Shown here piece after piece: positions 8,666 to 18,576 of a stretch of DNA of 30,334 nucleotides; within the stretch, counting starts at the first letter, position 1, and the number at the start of each line of letters is the position of its first letter. The stretch covers positions 1 to 30,334 of the IMG/VR virus record IMGVR_UViG_3300044512_000217; one strand, 5' to 3'. Below the pieces are notes generated by a model, which made no database searches, was not told the DNA's origin, and saw only the letters and a program-made list of their open reading frames with translations. Both the position numbers and the translations under genes were made by a program. This stretch comes from a virus. Lineage: Duplodnaviria > Caudoviricetes.

Positions 8666-11135
8666 TAACTTTGTCAGAGGTTTGATTACTGAGGCTGGTG
8701 AACTTACGTTCCCTGAAGGTGCTTCAGTAGATGAACTGAACTGTGAGTTACGTCGTGATGGTTCTCGTCGTAGACGTTTAGGTGTAGCCTATGAAGCTGA
8801 TAATGTTTTGTCAGATTTTAGCTTACTAGACTCAGAATTAGTTTGTATAGGTGAGTGGAAAAACGTAGGCGGTAATGCTGATCTAGAGTTCTTAGTCTTA
8901 CAGAGAGGTCGTTGGCTATACTTCTATAACAAGGGTGATACTCCTTTTTCAGCCCAGATAGAATTAAATGCTATAGACTTGGTTGCATATGAACATGCTG
9001 GTTCAGGAGGTGCTGCAAATGCTAAGTGTCAATTTACAAGTGTTAAAGGATTCTTAATCGTTTCCTCACCTAACATTAACACAATAGCTGTTGAGTACGA
9101 TTCTATAACTGAAACTTTCACACGCACTCAGATTTCTTTTAAGACCAGAGACTTTGACTTTCAAGGGGATACCGAAGATTATTTCACCGAAGGTACAGGT
9201 ACTATAGCAGATAGTCGTAAGTACGATACTCTAAACTCAGGGTGGGGTGATCCTAACACAGGCCGTAGTCAGACAGCATTAAACTATTACACCTCAACTC
9301 AGTCAGGTAAATACCCAGCACTGACACACCCTTGGTTCTCAGGTAAGGATTCTTCTAACCAATTCGATGTCACCGAATGGAAAAAGATAGGTGCTGGTAC
9401 CTCTCTTTCAGGTGCAGGTCGTTATATTCTAGACTTCTTTAATAAAAATAGAAACGATGCAGCTTTAGATGATGGGATTAGTATTTCAATAAATAATGAA
9501 GTTGAATCTTCTCGTTTCCGTTGTGTCGAATCATTTGCTGGAAGGGTCTTCTATGCAGGTTTAGATAGTGCTAAAAATGCAGGTACTATTTTATTTTCTA
9601 AACTTATAGATACGACAAGTGATTTAGGTAAATGTCATCAGGTAAATGACCCAACATCAGAATACCTTTCCGATCTACTAGCCACAGATGGTGGTGAGAT
9701 AAAAATACCTGATGCTGTCAAGATTCAAAAACTATATGGCTACCAAAACTCTCTGTATGTATTTGCTGAGAATGGTATCTGGCAGATCACAGGGGTAGAT
9801 GGTGTCTTCAGAGCAACTGAGTATTCTATCAACCGTGTATCACGTATCGGTATCCTCAATCCTCAAACATTCGTAGCAGCTGAGGGTATTCCTTTCTGGT
9901 GGTCATCTTTCGGAATCCACACTCTATCAGCTGACCCTGTATCAGGTCAAGGTCAAGAACAGAATTTAACTCTACCTACCATACAAACTCTATGGGATAA
10001 CATAGACCCTGAGGTAAAGTTAAAAGTTGTGTCAACATACGACAGTATAAACAAACGTATATACTGGGCATACCCTGACGCAGATGAAACTATAGAAGCT
10101 AAGTTAAATAACTTTCTAATCCTAGACATTCCTCTTCAGGCATTTTATCCTTGGAAGGTATCAGATCAAGCATCTAACACTGACTGTATCGTAGGACTAG
10201 CATTCTATACTGGTTTTGGTGCAAGTACAAATCTACTTGACGTAACATCCGACTCAGGTTCTGATGATGTAGGTGAGCATACTCTTACATCAGCTACCTC
10301 TGTAACATTTAAAACTGTAGCAGGTTCAGCTGACGGTACCCTAGAAATAACAGATGCTTCACATACCTTGTCAGTATCAGATTCTGTAAGAGTAGACTTC
10401 GAAGAAATATATGCTATAGCTGTCTTATTAGGCGTTGATACCTCAAGCATCGAACAGAATTTGACAGTATCAGCAACCACAGCTACAACATTTTCAGTTC
10501 CTATAACATATACAGCTGTTCAGGGAACTACAGGTCAAGCCACTCTACCTGCTACTTACTACTACTCCAACCTACAGACAGCTACAGTGGCTAATGACAT
10601 TGTGTCAAGCCAGATATCCTCTGTACCTACAGGATCACCTCAGATTGTTCTAATCTGTAGAGATTCAACTGACAATAAAATTACCTTCGGTGGATTCTTG
10701 TCAACATCATTCCTAGACTGGGCTGACACTAACTACACATCCTTCGCTGAGACAGGATATGATTTCATGGGTGATGCGGTAACTAAGAAGAATGCACCCT
10801 ATCTAATCTCCTACTGTCGTCTAACAGAAGAGGGTTTTACAGGAAGTGACTCTGATGGGTATGAAGCTATAAGACCATCAGGTTTGAAGGTTTCAGCTGC
10901 GTGGGACTTTAAGGATACCTTCGGGACTAGCCAACAGGTTTACAGACATAAGTACCCTGTTGTTGTCAATCCTAGTGACTTGACAGACTTTGCTTACCCT
11001 GAGGATATGATAACATCTCGTGTAAAAATACGAGGACATGGACGTTCAATGCGTCTGAAGTATGAGAGTGAGGAAGGTAAGGACTTCATCCTAGTTGGAT
11101 GGGGTATGATTCAAGGAAGAAACCCAAGGTACTAA
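8634..11135 (+). CDS. Tail nozzle (tail tubular protein B-like)
   Basis: 833 aa, beta-rich. N-terminal NNFVRGL...NC...DGSRRRRLG and FAGRVFYAG motifs typical of podovirus nozzle/stabilisation proteins. Confidence 0.8.
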   Translation: MPQSLNQKAVNNFVRGLITEAGELTFPEGASVDELNCELRRDGSRRRRLGVAYEADNVLSDFSLLDSELVCIGEWKNVGGNADLEFLVLQRGRWLYFYNKGDTPFSAQIELNAIDLVAYEHAGSGGAANAKCQFTSVKGFLIVSSPNINTIAVEYDSITETFTRTQISFKTRDFDFQGDTEDYFTEGTGTIADSRKYDTLNSGWGDPNTGRSQTALNYYTSTQSGKYPALTHPWFSGKDSSNQFDVTEWKKIGAGTSLSGAGRYILDFFNKNRNDAALDDGISISINNEVESSRFRCVESFAGRVFYAGLDSAKNAGTILFSKLIDTTSDLGKCHQVNDPTSEYLSDLLATDGGEIKIPDAVKIQKLYGYQNSLYVFAENGIWQITGVDGVFRATEYSINRVSRIGILNPQTFVAAEGIPFWWSSFGIHTLSADPVSGQGQEQNLTLPTIQTLWDNIDPEVKLKVVSTYDSINKRIYWAYPDADETIEAKLNNFLILDIPLQAFYPWKVSDQASNTDCIVGLAFYTGFGASTNLLDVTSDSGSDDVGEHTLTSATSVTFKTVAGSADGTLEITDASHTLSVSDSVRVDFEEIYAIAVLLGVDTSSIEQNLTVSATTATTFSVPITYTAVQGTTGQATLPATYYYSNLQTATVANDIVSSQISSVPTGSPQIVLICRDSTDNKITFGGFLSTSFLDWADTNYTSFAETGYDFMGDAVTKKNAPYLISYCRLTEEGFTGSDSDGYEAIRPSGLKVSAAWDFKDTFGTSQQVYRHKYPVVVNPSDLTDFAYPEDMITSRVKIRGHGRSMRLKYESEEGKDFILVGWGMIQGRNPRY

Positions 11136-11596
11136 TGGAAAAATATACAATCCGTGATGCAACCCATGACGATGTATTAGATACTGTCCTAGCTGTCAAA
11201 CAATTCTGTAAAGAAATACCTCACCCAGCTTGGCATAAATTTAATACGAACAAAGTAAACACTCTTGTCACACAACTGATAGAAATTGACCAAGGTTTCG
11301 TAAAGATTGTTACTCACGATGACGAGGTAGTCGGTGCTCTAGTTGCAGTTATAAGTGACATACCGATTAATGACTTAGTCTTCGCACAAGAACTGATGTT
11401 TTGGATTGACCCTGAACATCGTATAGGGAGAACAGCCCTGAAGTTAGTAGATGAATATGTAGAGTGGGCTACTAACAAAGGTTGTAACTTCATAAGGTTG
11501 TCAGAATTAGACAATGTTTTAGGTGGAAAAGCTGGATTATTGTTCAAACGTAAAGGTTTCGAACCTACAGAAACAGCGTATATAAAGGAAGTATGA
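11135..11596 (+). CDS. GNAT-family acetyltransferase
   Basis: IRDATHDD start, ELMFWIDPEHRIG..ALKL (motif A-like), FKRKGF (motif B-like); TAATG coupled. Confidence 0.8.
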   Translation: MEKYTIRDATHDDVLDTVLAVKQFCKEIPHPAWHKFNTNKVNTLVTQLIEIDQGFVKIVTHDDEVVGALVAVISDIPINDLVFAQELMFWIDPEHRIGRTALKLVDEYVEWATNKGCNFIRLSELDNVLGGKAGLLFKRKGFEPTETAYIKEV

Positions 11597-11597
11597 C

Positions 11598-12131
11598 ATG
11601 GCAATCTTTACAACAGCACTTGGTCTAACAGCCGCTACTACGATAGCTGGTGTTGGTGTTTCTGCTGCGGGTGCAGCACTTACAGCAGGTACTCTTGCAC
11701 TTGCAGGTACAGCTTATTCTGTCTCTCAAGCAGAAAAAGGTGCTAGTGCTCAGAGGGCAGCGGCTGCTACACAGCAACGTATCCAGCAACAACAAGCCAC
11801 TCGTCAAAGACGACAAGCCATACGTGGAAGCATCATACGAAGACAACAGGCGGCAGCACAGGCACAGGCGACAGGTGTGGCAGACACATCTATGGTAGCT
11901 GGTGGTCTGACAGGTTTGTCATCACAGCTAGGGGCTAACCTAGGATTCGGTACTATGTTATCAGGACTAGGTGCTCAATACTCAGCCCTAACAGGACAGG
12001 CTGCAATGTTCGGTGCTCGTTCACAGATGGGTTCAACCTTAGGTCAGCTTGGTTTTCAAGTTTTAGGTATGACAGGTCTTCCTGATTTTAATGCTCTTTC
12101 AAAGCCTGTTCAAGGCCCAATGCCTCAGTAA
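11598..12131 (+). CDS. Internal virion protein A (T7 gp14-like ejection protein)
   Basis: Hydrophobic A/G-rich N-terminus and Q/R-rich helix; first gene of the core cluster. Confidence 0.65.
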   Translation: MAIFTTALGLTAATTIAGVGVSAAGAALTAGTLALAGTAYSVSQAEKGASAQRAAAATQQRIQQQQATRQRRQAIRGSIIRRQQAAAQAQATGVADTSMVAGGLTGLSSQLGANLGFGTMLSGLGAQYSALTGQAAMFGARSQMGSTLGQLGFQVLGMTGLPDFNALSKPVQGPMPQ

Positions 12132-12143
12132 TAAGGAATAAGA

Positions 12144-15100
12144 ATGGCTACCCTTCTGACACTCGAAGATCAAATCTTCAATGAGCTTGCTCTAGAAGCA
12201 CAGCTAGATACTCAGCCTGAACAAGAGACATTCAACCCTAATAGCCAAGTAGAACGTACCAAAGCACAGGAAATATCTATCGCAACGGATATCCCTGTAG
12301 ATCAGGTAGAAGCTGAACGTGCTATAGGAGATGTCAGTGCTGAGACAGCTGCTAAGACTAATGCTGTGAACTTCGACTATGCCTTGACAATAGATCAGGC
12401 ATACAACGACGGTCTGTCAGCTGAGGATGTAGCCTTAATAATCGAAGAACGTAAAGCTAAGGGTGATGATATGACCCTTAGTGAATACTTCTTAATCCAG
12501 AACTTGATGTTGTCAGACAATGGTGTCAATGCATATGCTGCACGTACCATGACAAACATGGAAATCTGGAATCGTATACTTCAGAAAGAAATAGAAGCTA
12601 ACGACACTTCAAATATTTCTAAGGTTCTATCCTTCTTCGATGTAAACGTCCTACGTGAACTTACCATCGGTGCCTTTGAGAATGTAACCTTCCGTTCTAA
12701 CCGTGAGGGTAGAGATATTCGTGAGGCATTCAACTCACTAAAACCAGCCGAGTTCGAAGAGTGGGCTAAGGAATACCTAGATGAACGTAAGTCTGAAGGT
12801 ATCTTCTCAGAGGATAGTTTATGGAATCTATATAAGGCAGCTAATGATGCCACCTACCTAGGTGATGACCCTATGGCTGGTGTCAATTTCCTATTCGGTG
12901 CAGCTGACATAGTTACTCTAGGTGGTACTAAGATAGCATCGGCAGCTGTCAAGGGTTTGAAAGCAGGATCAGAGGCGGCTGTATCCGCACCACAGAAACT
13001 TCTAAGTCTCTACAAGGCACGTCGTCCAGTGGATGTCGTGTCAGTTGTTGATGGTGAGGTTGTAGGTGCTAGGGCAGCAACTAAACTTGTAGATGATGCG
13101 GGTGTCCAAACTGACGAGATCGCAGCTGGACGTACACTACCTGAAGAACTAGACCCTGTCAAAGGCCCGACAAGCAGACCCTCAGGTGTTGCTTTCCGTG
13201 ATGGTTCCCGCAAGACAACCCTGACAGAAAAACTAGAAGAACTTAACCGTCGTGGTTCATTTGGTGAGTACGTACCTCGTACAACTGTAGAGGGTGTAGC
13301 TACTCGTATAGCTGCAAGGATTGCCTCAGGTGTTAATGATGTCGTTGTAAACTCTCGTCGTGTCATTGACGAAGGTTCTGAAGACTTCAAGGTTGTTGTC
13401 CGTCTAGGTAAGGATGGATCGGGTGCTCCCTTCCGTCGTAAGATGGATGCTGAAGAGATTGCTAAACGTGACCCTAGCCTGAAGGTTGTCAAACGTGAAG
13501 AGGGTCGTGGATGGTTCATTGAGGCAGAGGAACGTGTCAATGTTCTAGGACTACCTGATGAACTGGATCGTTTTAACAAGGGTTCATTTGTTTCAGATGC
13601 TATCAACAAAGTATTCGGTGCTGCTACTGTACGCCTAGGTGACAAGATAGGTGGTAAGTTCCTACAGGCTGAAGCTGGACAGGCACTAATCGGTGATCTT
13701 GTCAAGCCTTACCAACAGACAATACGTAAGGTAAAAGGAAAAGAACTAGAAAACTTGTCAGACTTTATGACACAACTCCGTGATGGTGAGATGTCATACT
13801 TACGTCAGGCTCCTACTCGTGAATCCTTCGAGTCTCTCTACAAAACAATGTACGGAGAGAAGCCCTCTAAGAATGTACTTGATGCGTATGAGGCACTACA
13901 AGACATCAGTGACACAACTTGGCAGATCAAATCATCAGAACGTCTGAAACGTGTAGTTGCTGAGGGTGGCATCTATGTAAATATCACAGATGATTACGGT
14001 GACATTGGATATCGTGTATCAACAATACCTGATGATGAACTTGTTCTTGATGTAGCAGCTGGTAGGTCACTACCTAAGAACAAACTAGACCCTGACACCC
14101 CTATCTTTAAAGTACCTAATACATTCCTTGACCATCTATACGTCACTAACGTAGACTCAACTCGTGTATTAGAACGTGTTGATGTCATGCCATATAACGT
14201 AGGTGGCCCACGTACCAACTCTGAGTTCCGTTGGTTTGTAGGTGCTATCAAGGAACAGAAACTAGCCTCAGGTAACACCATTTCAGCTGGGTTCAAGACA
14301 CTCTTAGGTTCGTTTGGTAAAGACCAAGCCGAAACAGCTGTTCGTCAGATCAACAACATCAACCGTAAGGTAAAGTCCTTGATGGATGAAATGGGTGCTG
14401 ATGATATAGCTAACTTGAATTTGTCTAAGACACAGTATGATGACCTAGGGGATACTATCAGAGCTAACAACGCTTGGAATAAACACGTAACTGATCTAGA
14501 AGACCTGAAGGACTTAGCTGCTAAGTATAACTTCCGCTTCACTGAGGAGTTCGTAGCTAAGGCTCGTGACCAAAAGGTTTCTATTCGTGAGGCAGGGGAA
14601 GACCCAGCTAAGATAGGTGAACCATTCGGACAGGTGATAGGTGTTCGCTTGAACATGAAACGTGGTGACACACCTCTCATGGAGTTCGGCGGTAAGAAAG
14701 CTACCAATGCAAGCCCTGTGTCAGCTATTGCTGATCAGTTCGGTAGTGAAGCCTTTGGGTATGCTAACCGTGCAGCCTCACAGAATGCTGTTGTAGGGTG
14801 GGTAAAACTAGCTGAACAGGCTGAGGGTCTTGTCACATTCCCTAGGGGTGTTCCTGAGAATGACTACCTGAACAGGTTCCTTGATGCTGAGGTTACAAAG
14901 ACAGGTAAGTTTAATGACCTAGCCTCACAGCTACGTGAACAGCAAGAAGTTATCAAACGTCGGATGAACCAGTCAACATGGTTGTCAGACAAGTGGGACA
15001 GCTTCACATCATCAGCTACTGAGGCTGTCTTCGAAAGAACAGGCTTCAAGGCTGATTTTACCAAGACTGATCCTGCAAGTCGTCTACTTCAGGTAGGTTT

Positions 15101-16586
15101 CTATTCTAAGTTTGGGTTCTTCAATCCTGACCAGTTTATGCTTCAGGCTCTACACAGCTTGACCATCACAGCTATTTCACCTGTACAGGGTTTGAAAGCT
15201 ATGGGTTTAACAACCCCAATGATGATCATAGCTAACTTGACAGATGGCCCTACAAGGTCACTAGCAATTCAACGTCTAGCCAAGGCTTCAGGTATCGAAG
15301 TAGACGAACTTCAACAGCTTGTCAAGTATATCGACGAGAGTGGTCGTAACATTATCGACACACAGATCATCGAACTTCAGGCACCACAGAAGTTCGGTGC
15401 TGCAAGTAACCTGACAGGTAAGGCACAAGAGGCAGTTGGTTCATTCCTAGATAAGTCAACGATATTCTTTAAGGAAGGTGAACGTGTCACACGTATGACA
15501 GGTATCATCACAGCATTTCTTGAACACCGTGTTAAACGTCCTAATATTGACCCTATGTCATCAGATGCACGTCTATGGATTACTAATCGTGAACAGGACT
15601 TGACATTCCGTATGACAACAAGCTCTCGTAGTTTTGCTCAGTCAGGGATTATGAGAGTACCTACTCAGTGGCTATCCTTTACCCTACGTGCCTTGGAGAA
15701 TATAGCTATAGGACGTAACTTCAGCACAGCTGAACGTATCCGTATGTTCATGGTTATGGGGCCGATGTTCGGCTTGACAGGTTTGGGTGCTGGTAAGATG
15801 GCAGGTTACGTTGTGGAACAAATGGGATACAACCCTGATGATCCAGACACTGTGAAGGTATTCAACCGTATCAAGTATGGTGCCATTGATGCACTATTGT
15901 CTAACCTACTAGGCACTGAGACAGCATATGCTCAACGTGTGGCACCCCTAGGTCAGATGCAGGATACCTACAAGAAACTCTTTGAGGAAAGTTTCGTTAC
16001 TACTCTATTCGGCCCTTCAGGTGAGATTTCTTCTGACATGGTAGCTGTAGCATCCAATGCTGTAGGTGCTATGATGGGTGGTCGCAGTGAGATGGTACGT
16101 GAAGACCTGACACAGCTAGTTCGTAACCTATCTACAGTAGATAAGGCTGTCAAGATTCGTGAATTGATTGAGACAGGTAACTATCGTAGCCGCACACGTA
16201 GACTTGTAGTGGGTAACCTAGACCCTGAAGCAGCTGCGGCAGTTCTATTCGGTGCGACTCCTGCACCTGTACAGAACTTCTATGACTATAACGAAATGGT
16301 ATTCAAAAAGAATACTCAGTATCGTGAAATGTCAACAAGACTAAAACAAAAGGCAACACTTGCACTTTCCCTCTTGACAGAAGGGGATGAAAGTGATATG
16401 ATTAGAGGAACGAAACTTTGGGAAGAGATCAATGATGAGATTTGGTCTTCTAACCTATCTAACCAGTTGAAGACATCTCTTCAGAAAAGTCTGGTTAGTG
16501 TTGCCTCAGTCCCAGATATTATGAAGAATGCTATTCGTATCGGTCTTGACTATGATGCACAGATTCTTCAACAACAAATGCAATAA
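12144..16586 (+). CDS. Large internal virion protein (ejectosome component)
   Basis: 1480 aa, AAGGA RBS, located in the core-protein cluster; no RNA polymerase motifs recognised. Confidence 0.7.
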   Translation: MATLLTLEDQIFNELALEAQLDTQPEQETFNPNSQVERTKAQEISIATDIPVDQVEAERAIGDVSAETAAKTNAVNFDYALTIDQAYNDGLSAEDVALIIEERKAKGDDMTLSEYFLIQNLMLSDNGVNAYAARTMTNMEIWNRILQKEIEANDTSNISKVLSFFDVNVLRELTIGAFENVTFRSNREGRDIREAFNSLKPAEFEEWAKEYLDERKSEGIFSEDSLWNLYKAANDATYLGDDPMAGVNFLFGAADIVTLGGTKIASAAVKGLKAGSEAAVSAPQKLLSLYKARRPVDVVSVVDGEVVGARAATKLVDDAGVQTDEIAAGRTLPEELDPVKGPTSRPSGVAFRDGSRKTTLTEKLEELNRRGSFGEYVPRTTVEGVATRIAARIASGVNDVVVNSRRVIDEGSEDFKVVVRLGKDGSGAPFRRKMDAEEIAKRDPSLKVVKREEGRGWFIEAEERVNVLGLPDELDRFNKGSFVSDAINKVFGAATVRLGDKIGGKFLQAEAGQALIGDLVKPYQQTIRKVKGKELENLSDFMTQLRDGEMSYLRQAPTRESFESLYKTMYGEKPSKNVLDAYEALQDISDTTWQIKSSERLKRVVAEGGIYVNITDDYGDIGYRVSTIPDDELVLDVAAGRSLPKNKLDPDTPIFKVPNTFLDHLYVTNVDSTRVLERVDVMPYNVGGPRTNSEFRWFVGAIKEQKLASGNTISAGFKTLLGSFGKDQAETAVRQINNINRKVKSLMDEMGADDIANLNLSKTQYDDLGDTIRANNAWNKHVTDLEDLKDLAAKYNFRFTEEFVAKARDQKVSIREAGEDPAKIGEPFGQVIGVRLNMKRGDTPLMEFGGKKATNASPVSAIADQFGSEAFGYANRAASQNAVVGWVKLAEQAEGLVTFPRGVPENDYLNRFLDAEVTKTGKFNDLASQLREQQEVIKRRMNQSTWLSDKWDSFTSSATEAVFERTGFKADFTKTDPASRLLQVGFYSKFGFFNPDQFMLQALHSLTITAISPVQGLKAMGLTTPMMIIANLTDGPTRSLAIQRLAKASGIEVDELQQLVKYIDESGRNIIDTQIIELQAPQKFGAASNLTGKAQEAVGSFLDKSTIFFKEGERVTRMTGIITAFLEHRVKRPNIDPMSSDARLWITNREQDLTFRMTTSSRSFAQSGIMRVPTQWLSFTLRALENIAIGRNFSTAERIRMFMVMGPMFGLTGLGAGKMAGYVVEQMGYNPDDPDTVKVFNRIKYGAIDALLSNLLGTETAYAQRVAPLGQMQDTYKKLFEESFVTTLFGPSGEISSDMVAVASNAVGAMMGGRSEMVREDLTQLVRNLSTVDKAVKIRELIETGNYRSRTRRLVVGNLDPEAAAAVLFGATPAPVQNFYDYNEMVFKKNTQYREMSTRLKQKATLALSLLTEGDESDMIRGTKLWEEINDEIWSSNLSNQLKTSLQKSLVSVASVPDIMKNAIRIGLDYDAQILQQQMQ
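16374..16402 (+). promoter_or_regulatory. Intragenic sigma70 promoter with extended -10
   Basis: TTGACA (16374-16379), 17-nt spacer, TGa-TATGAT (16394-16402); about 190 nt upstream of the ATG at 16596. Confidence 0.6.
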
Positions 16587-16595
16587 GGAAAAACT

Positions 16596-18575
16596 ATGGC
16601 TGGATTTGCAATAGACATCGGTGATGAAGGTACCGCATACGCACAGGGTGTAACAATGCCTAGTGCCACAGGGTTAGGTGCAGCCGCTGAAGGACTGTCA
16701 ATGTTAGGTAAGGGTGTCTTCCGTACCCTAGATGCTATGGATGCAGCTAAACGTGCAGCACAACCAAGTGAGAGTGCTATCAATCGTGAAGCCTTTTCAG
16801 CATTATCTAAATCTTTAGATGGAACTAAAGGGGCTTCTCCCTTACAGGCACGTACTCTAGTTAATCAAGCTATCACTGAATACAATAACCTAGGTTTTGA
16901 TATTGGTGAGGCTGAGGCTCGTATGATTAAGCAACGTACAGGTATTGACGTTGACTTTGTAAACTTCAATCCTCAGCAAGCAGCCATTGATGCGACTATT
17001 GAAAAACTTCAGGCTAATCCAGCATACTTATACAATGCTCGTGTGACACTTGACAAATCTGGTAAACCTTACTCAAACGAAGATGTGCTTTCTCAGGCTA
17101 TGTCTGATGTACAACGCAGTGAGGCATCAGCCTTATATCTTGTCAATGCTAAGAACATCACACGTCAAGAGTTTCACGAGACATACGTTCCCAATGCTAA
17201 TGTAGCCCTTGAGAATGTACGTTCACTTGCCCTTGCAGGACTAGCTATCGAAACTGAGGGTGGTAACATCAAGCCTGAGAATATTGTACAGCTTCGTACA
17301 CAGTTCGATGTTGTCAAGGCACAGTTTACTAAACCACCTCTTATCGAAACTGGTGATTGGCAGGTCATTCAATCACAGATCGACACTCTTGATCAACTCT
17401 TGACGACACTAGAGAAATATGACGAGAATACCCTATCTGCAACTAAGGCTGAAATCCTAGAACCTATCACTAAATCCTTGATGCTTCAGGCTAAGGAATT
17501 AGGGCAGACAGACCCGATCCTAGCAGCTGCCTTATTGTCAGACAAAGTCGATTGGTCAGCCTATGTGTCTGGCAGATACCCAGAGATTCTTAAAACTCTA
17601 GACTCTATCGAAGCTGAAGACACTGTATATACAGATTTGTTTGCAGCACCACAAGATGATATAACTATTATCGAAGGTGAGATTCCTCCAGAACCAACTA
17701 TAGATACTTTACATGATGGTGACGAAGTAGAAAAGGCAACTGAACGTGGGAATCAAGCTCGTTTAGATTCTATTTCATTTGCTGCCATTGAACGAATCGG
17801 TGTTATGAATCCAACTATGATGGATCAACCTGAACATCGTACTAATTTCTTAACTGGTGTAGGTCAGGCTACTGTCAACATTTCAACATCACCAACATTA
17901 TTTAAAACTGAGACAATGAATCTTGTCTATAATGATGATACATACTCTAAACTTGCATTGATCCGTAACCTTGACCCTGATAAAGCTGAGATTGCAAGTA
18001 AACGTCTTATTGATGCTCTTCAAGCACAATTTAACATAGCATCTACAACTATGTCAGGTGCTATGCAATCATCATACTTTAAGATAACAGGCTTAGGTAA
18101 GATTGAGTACGATCTAGATGCACGTGTAGATACAGGACAGATTCGTATGGATCGTGCTGTATTACCTCTTGTCAAGACAAGTGCATCTAAATATTACAAT
18201 GGTGATGTAACAGCTATGTTGGCTGATCGTGGTCGTCGTGTACCTACTTTTGAACGTAGTCAGATTGAGAATGCTGGTTTTAAATTTAACACGGCATACC
18301 AAGACTACCGTAAAGTACAGAAGAATGCTAGAAGTTTAGATTTTTACATTAGTAATATGAAAAAACTAGGCGTTGATACAGCAACTATCGAAAGTTTAAT
18401 GGTTCAACCTACTGTAATTGGAGAACCTACAGGTGATTTGGGAACAAGAACTAATCCATTCCAGATTTTCTGGTCAGATGAAACAGATACAGACGAGAGA
18501 TTATTTGCTTCTATTGATGATGGTCAGTATTTCATTGGCCCTGATGGGAAAACATACGTTAAAGGTATGGACTGA
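16596..18575 (+). CDS. Internal virion protein (putative)
   Basis: 659 aa, helical, AAGGA RBS; G/A-rich N-terminus like ejection proteins. Confidence 0.65.
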   Translation: MAGFAIDIGDEGTAYAQGVTMPSATGLGAAAEGLSMLGKGVFRTLDAMDAAKRAAQPSESAINREAFSALSKSLDGTKGASPLQARTLVNQAITEYNNLGFDIGEAEARMIKQRTGIDVDFVNFNPQQAAIDATIEKLQANPAYLYNARVTLDKSGKPYSNEDVLSQAMSDVQRSEASALYLVNAKNITRQEFHETYVPNANVALENVRSLALAGLAIETEGGNIKPENIVQLRTQFDVVKAQFTKPPLIETGDWQVIQSQIDTLDQLLTTLEKYDENTLSATKAEILEPITKSLMLQAKELGQTDPILAAALLSDKVDWSAYVSGRYPEILKTLDSIEAEDTVYTDLFAAPQDDITIIEGEIPPEPTIDTLHDGDEVEKATERGNQARLDSISFAAIERIGVMNPTMMDQPEHRTNFLTGVGQATVNISTSPTLFKTETMNLVYNDDTYSKLALIRNLDPDKAEIASKRLIDALQAQFNIASTTMSGAMQSSYFKITGLGKIEYDLDARVDTGQIRMDRAVLPLVKTSASKYYNGDVTAMLADRGRRVPTFERSQIENAGFKFNTAYQDYRKVQKNARSLDFYISNMKKLGVDTATIESLMVQPTVIGEPTGDLGTRTNPFQIFWSDETDTDERLFASIDDGQYFIGPDGKTYVKGMD

Positions 18576-18576
18576 T

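Noticed and set aside
13010-13705. 231-aa antisense ORF, and other antisense ORFs within 12144-16586
   Set aside because: S/T/R-rich shadow frames of a long coding gene with no RBS or recognisable motif; expected from codon bias.
12144-16586. Possible virion RNA polymerase
   Set aside because: No DxxGR, motif B or catalytic DD motifs recognised; size and position fit an ejection protein.
18418-18576. N-terminal extension of the lysozyme ORF in the ORF track
   Set aside because: It overlaps the upstream gene by about 160 nt; ATG 18577 right after the upstream stop is more plausible.
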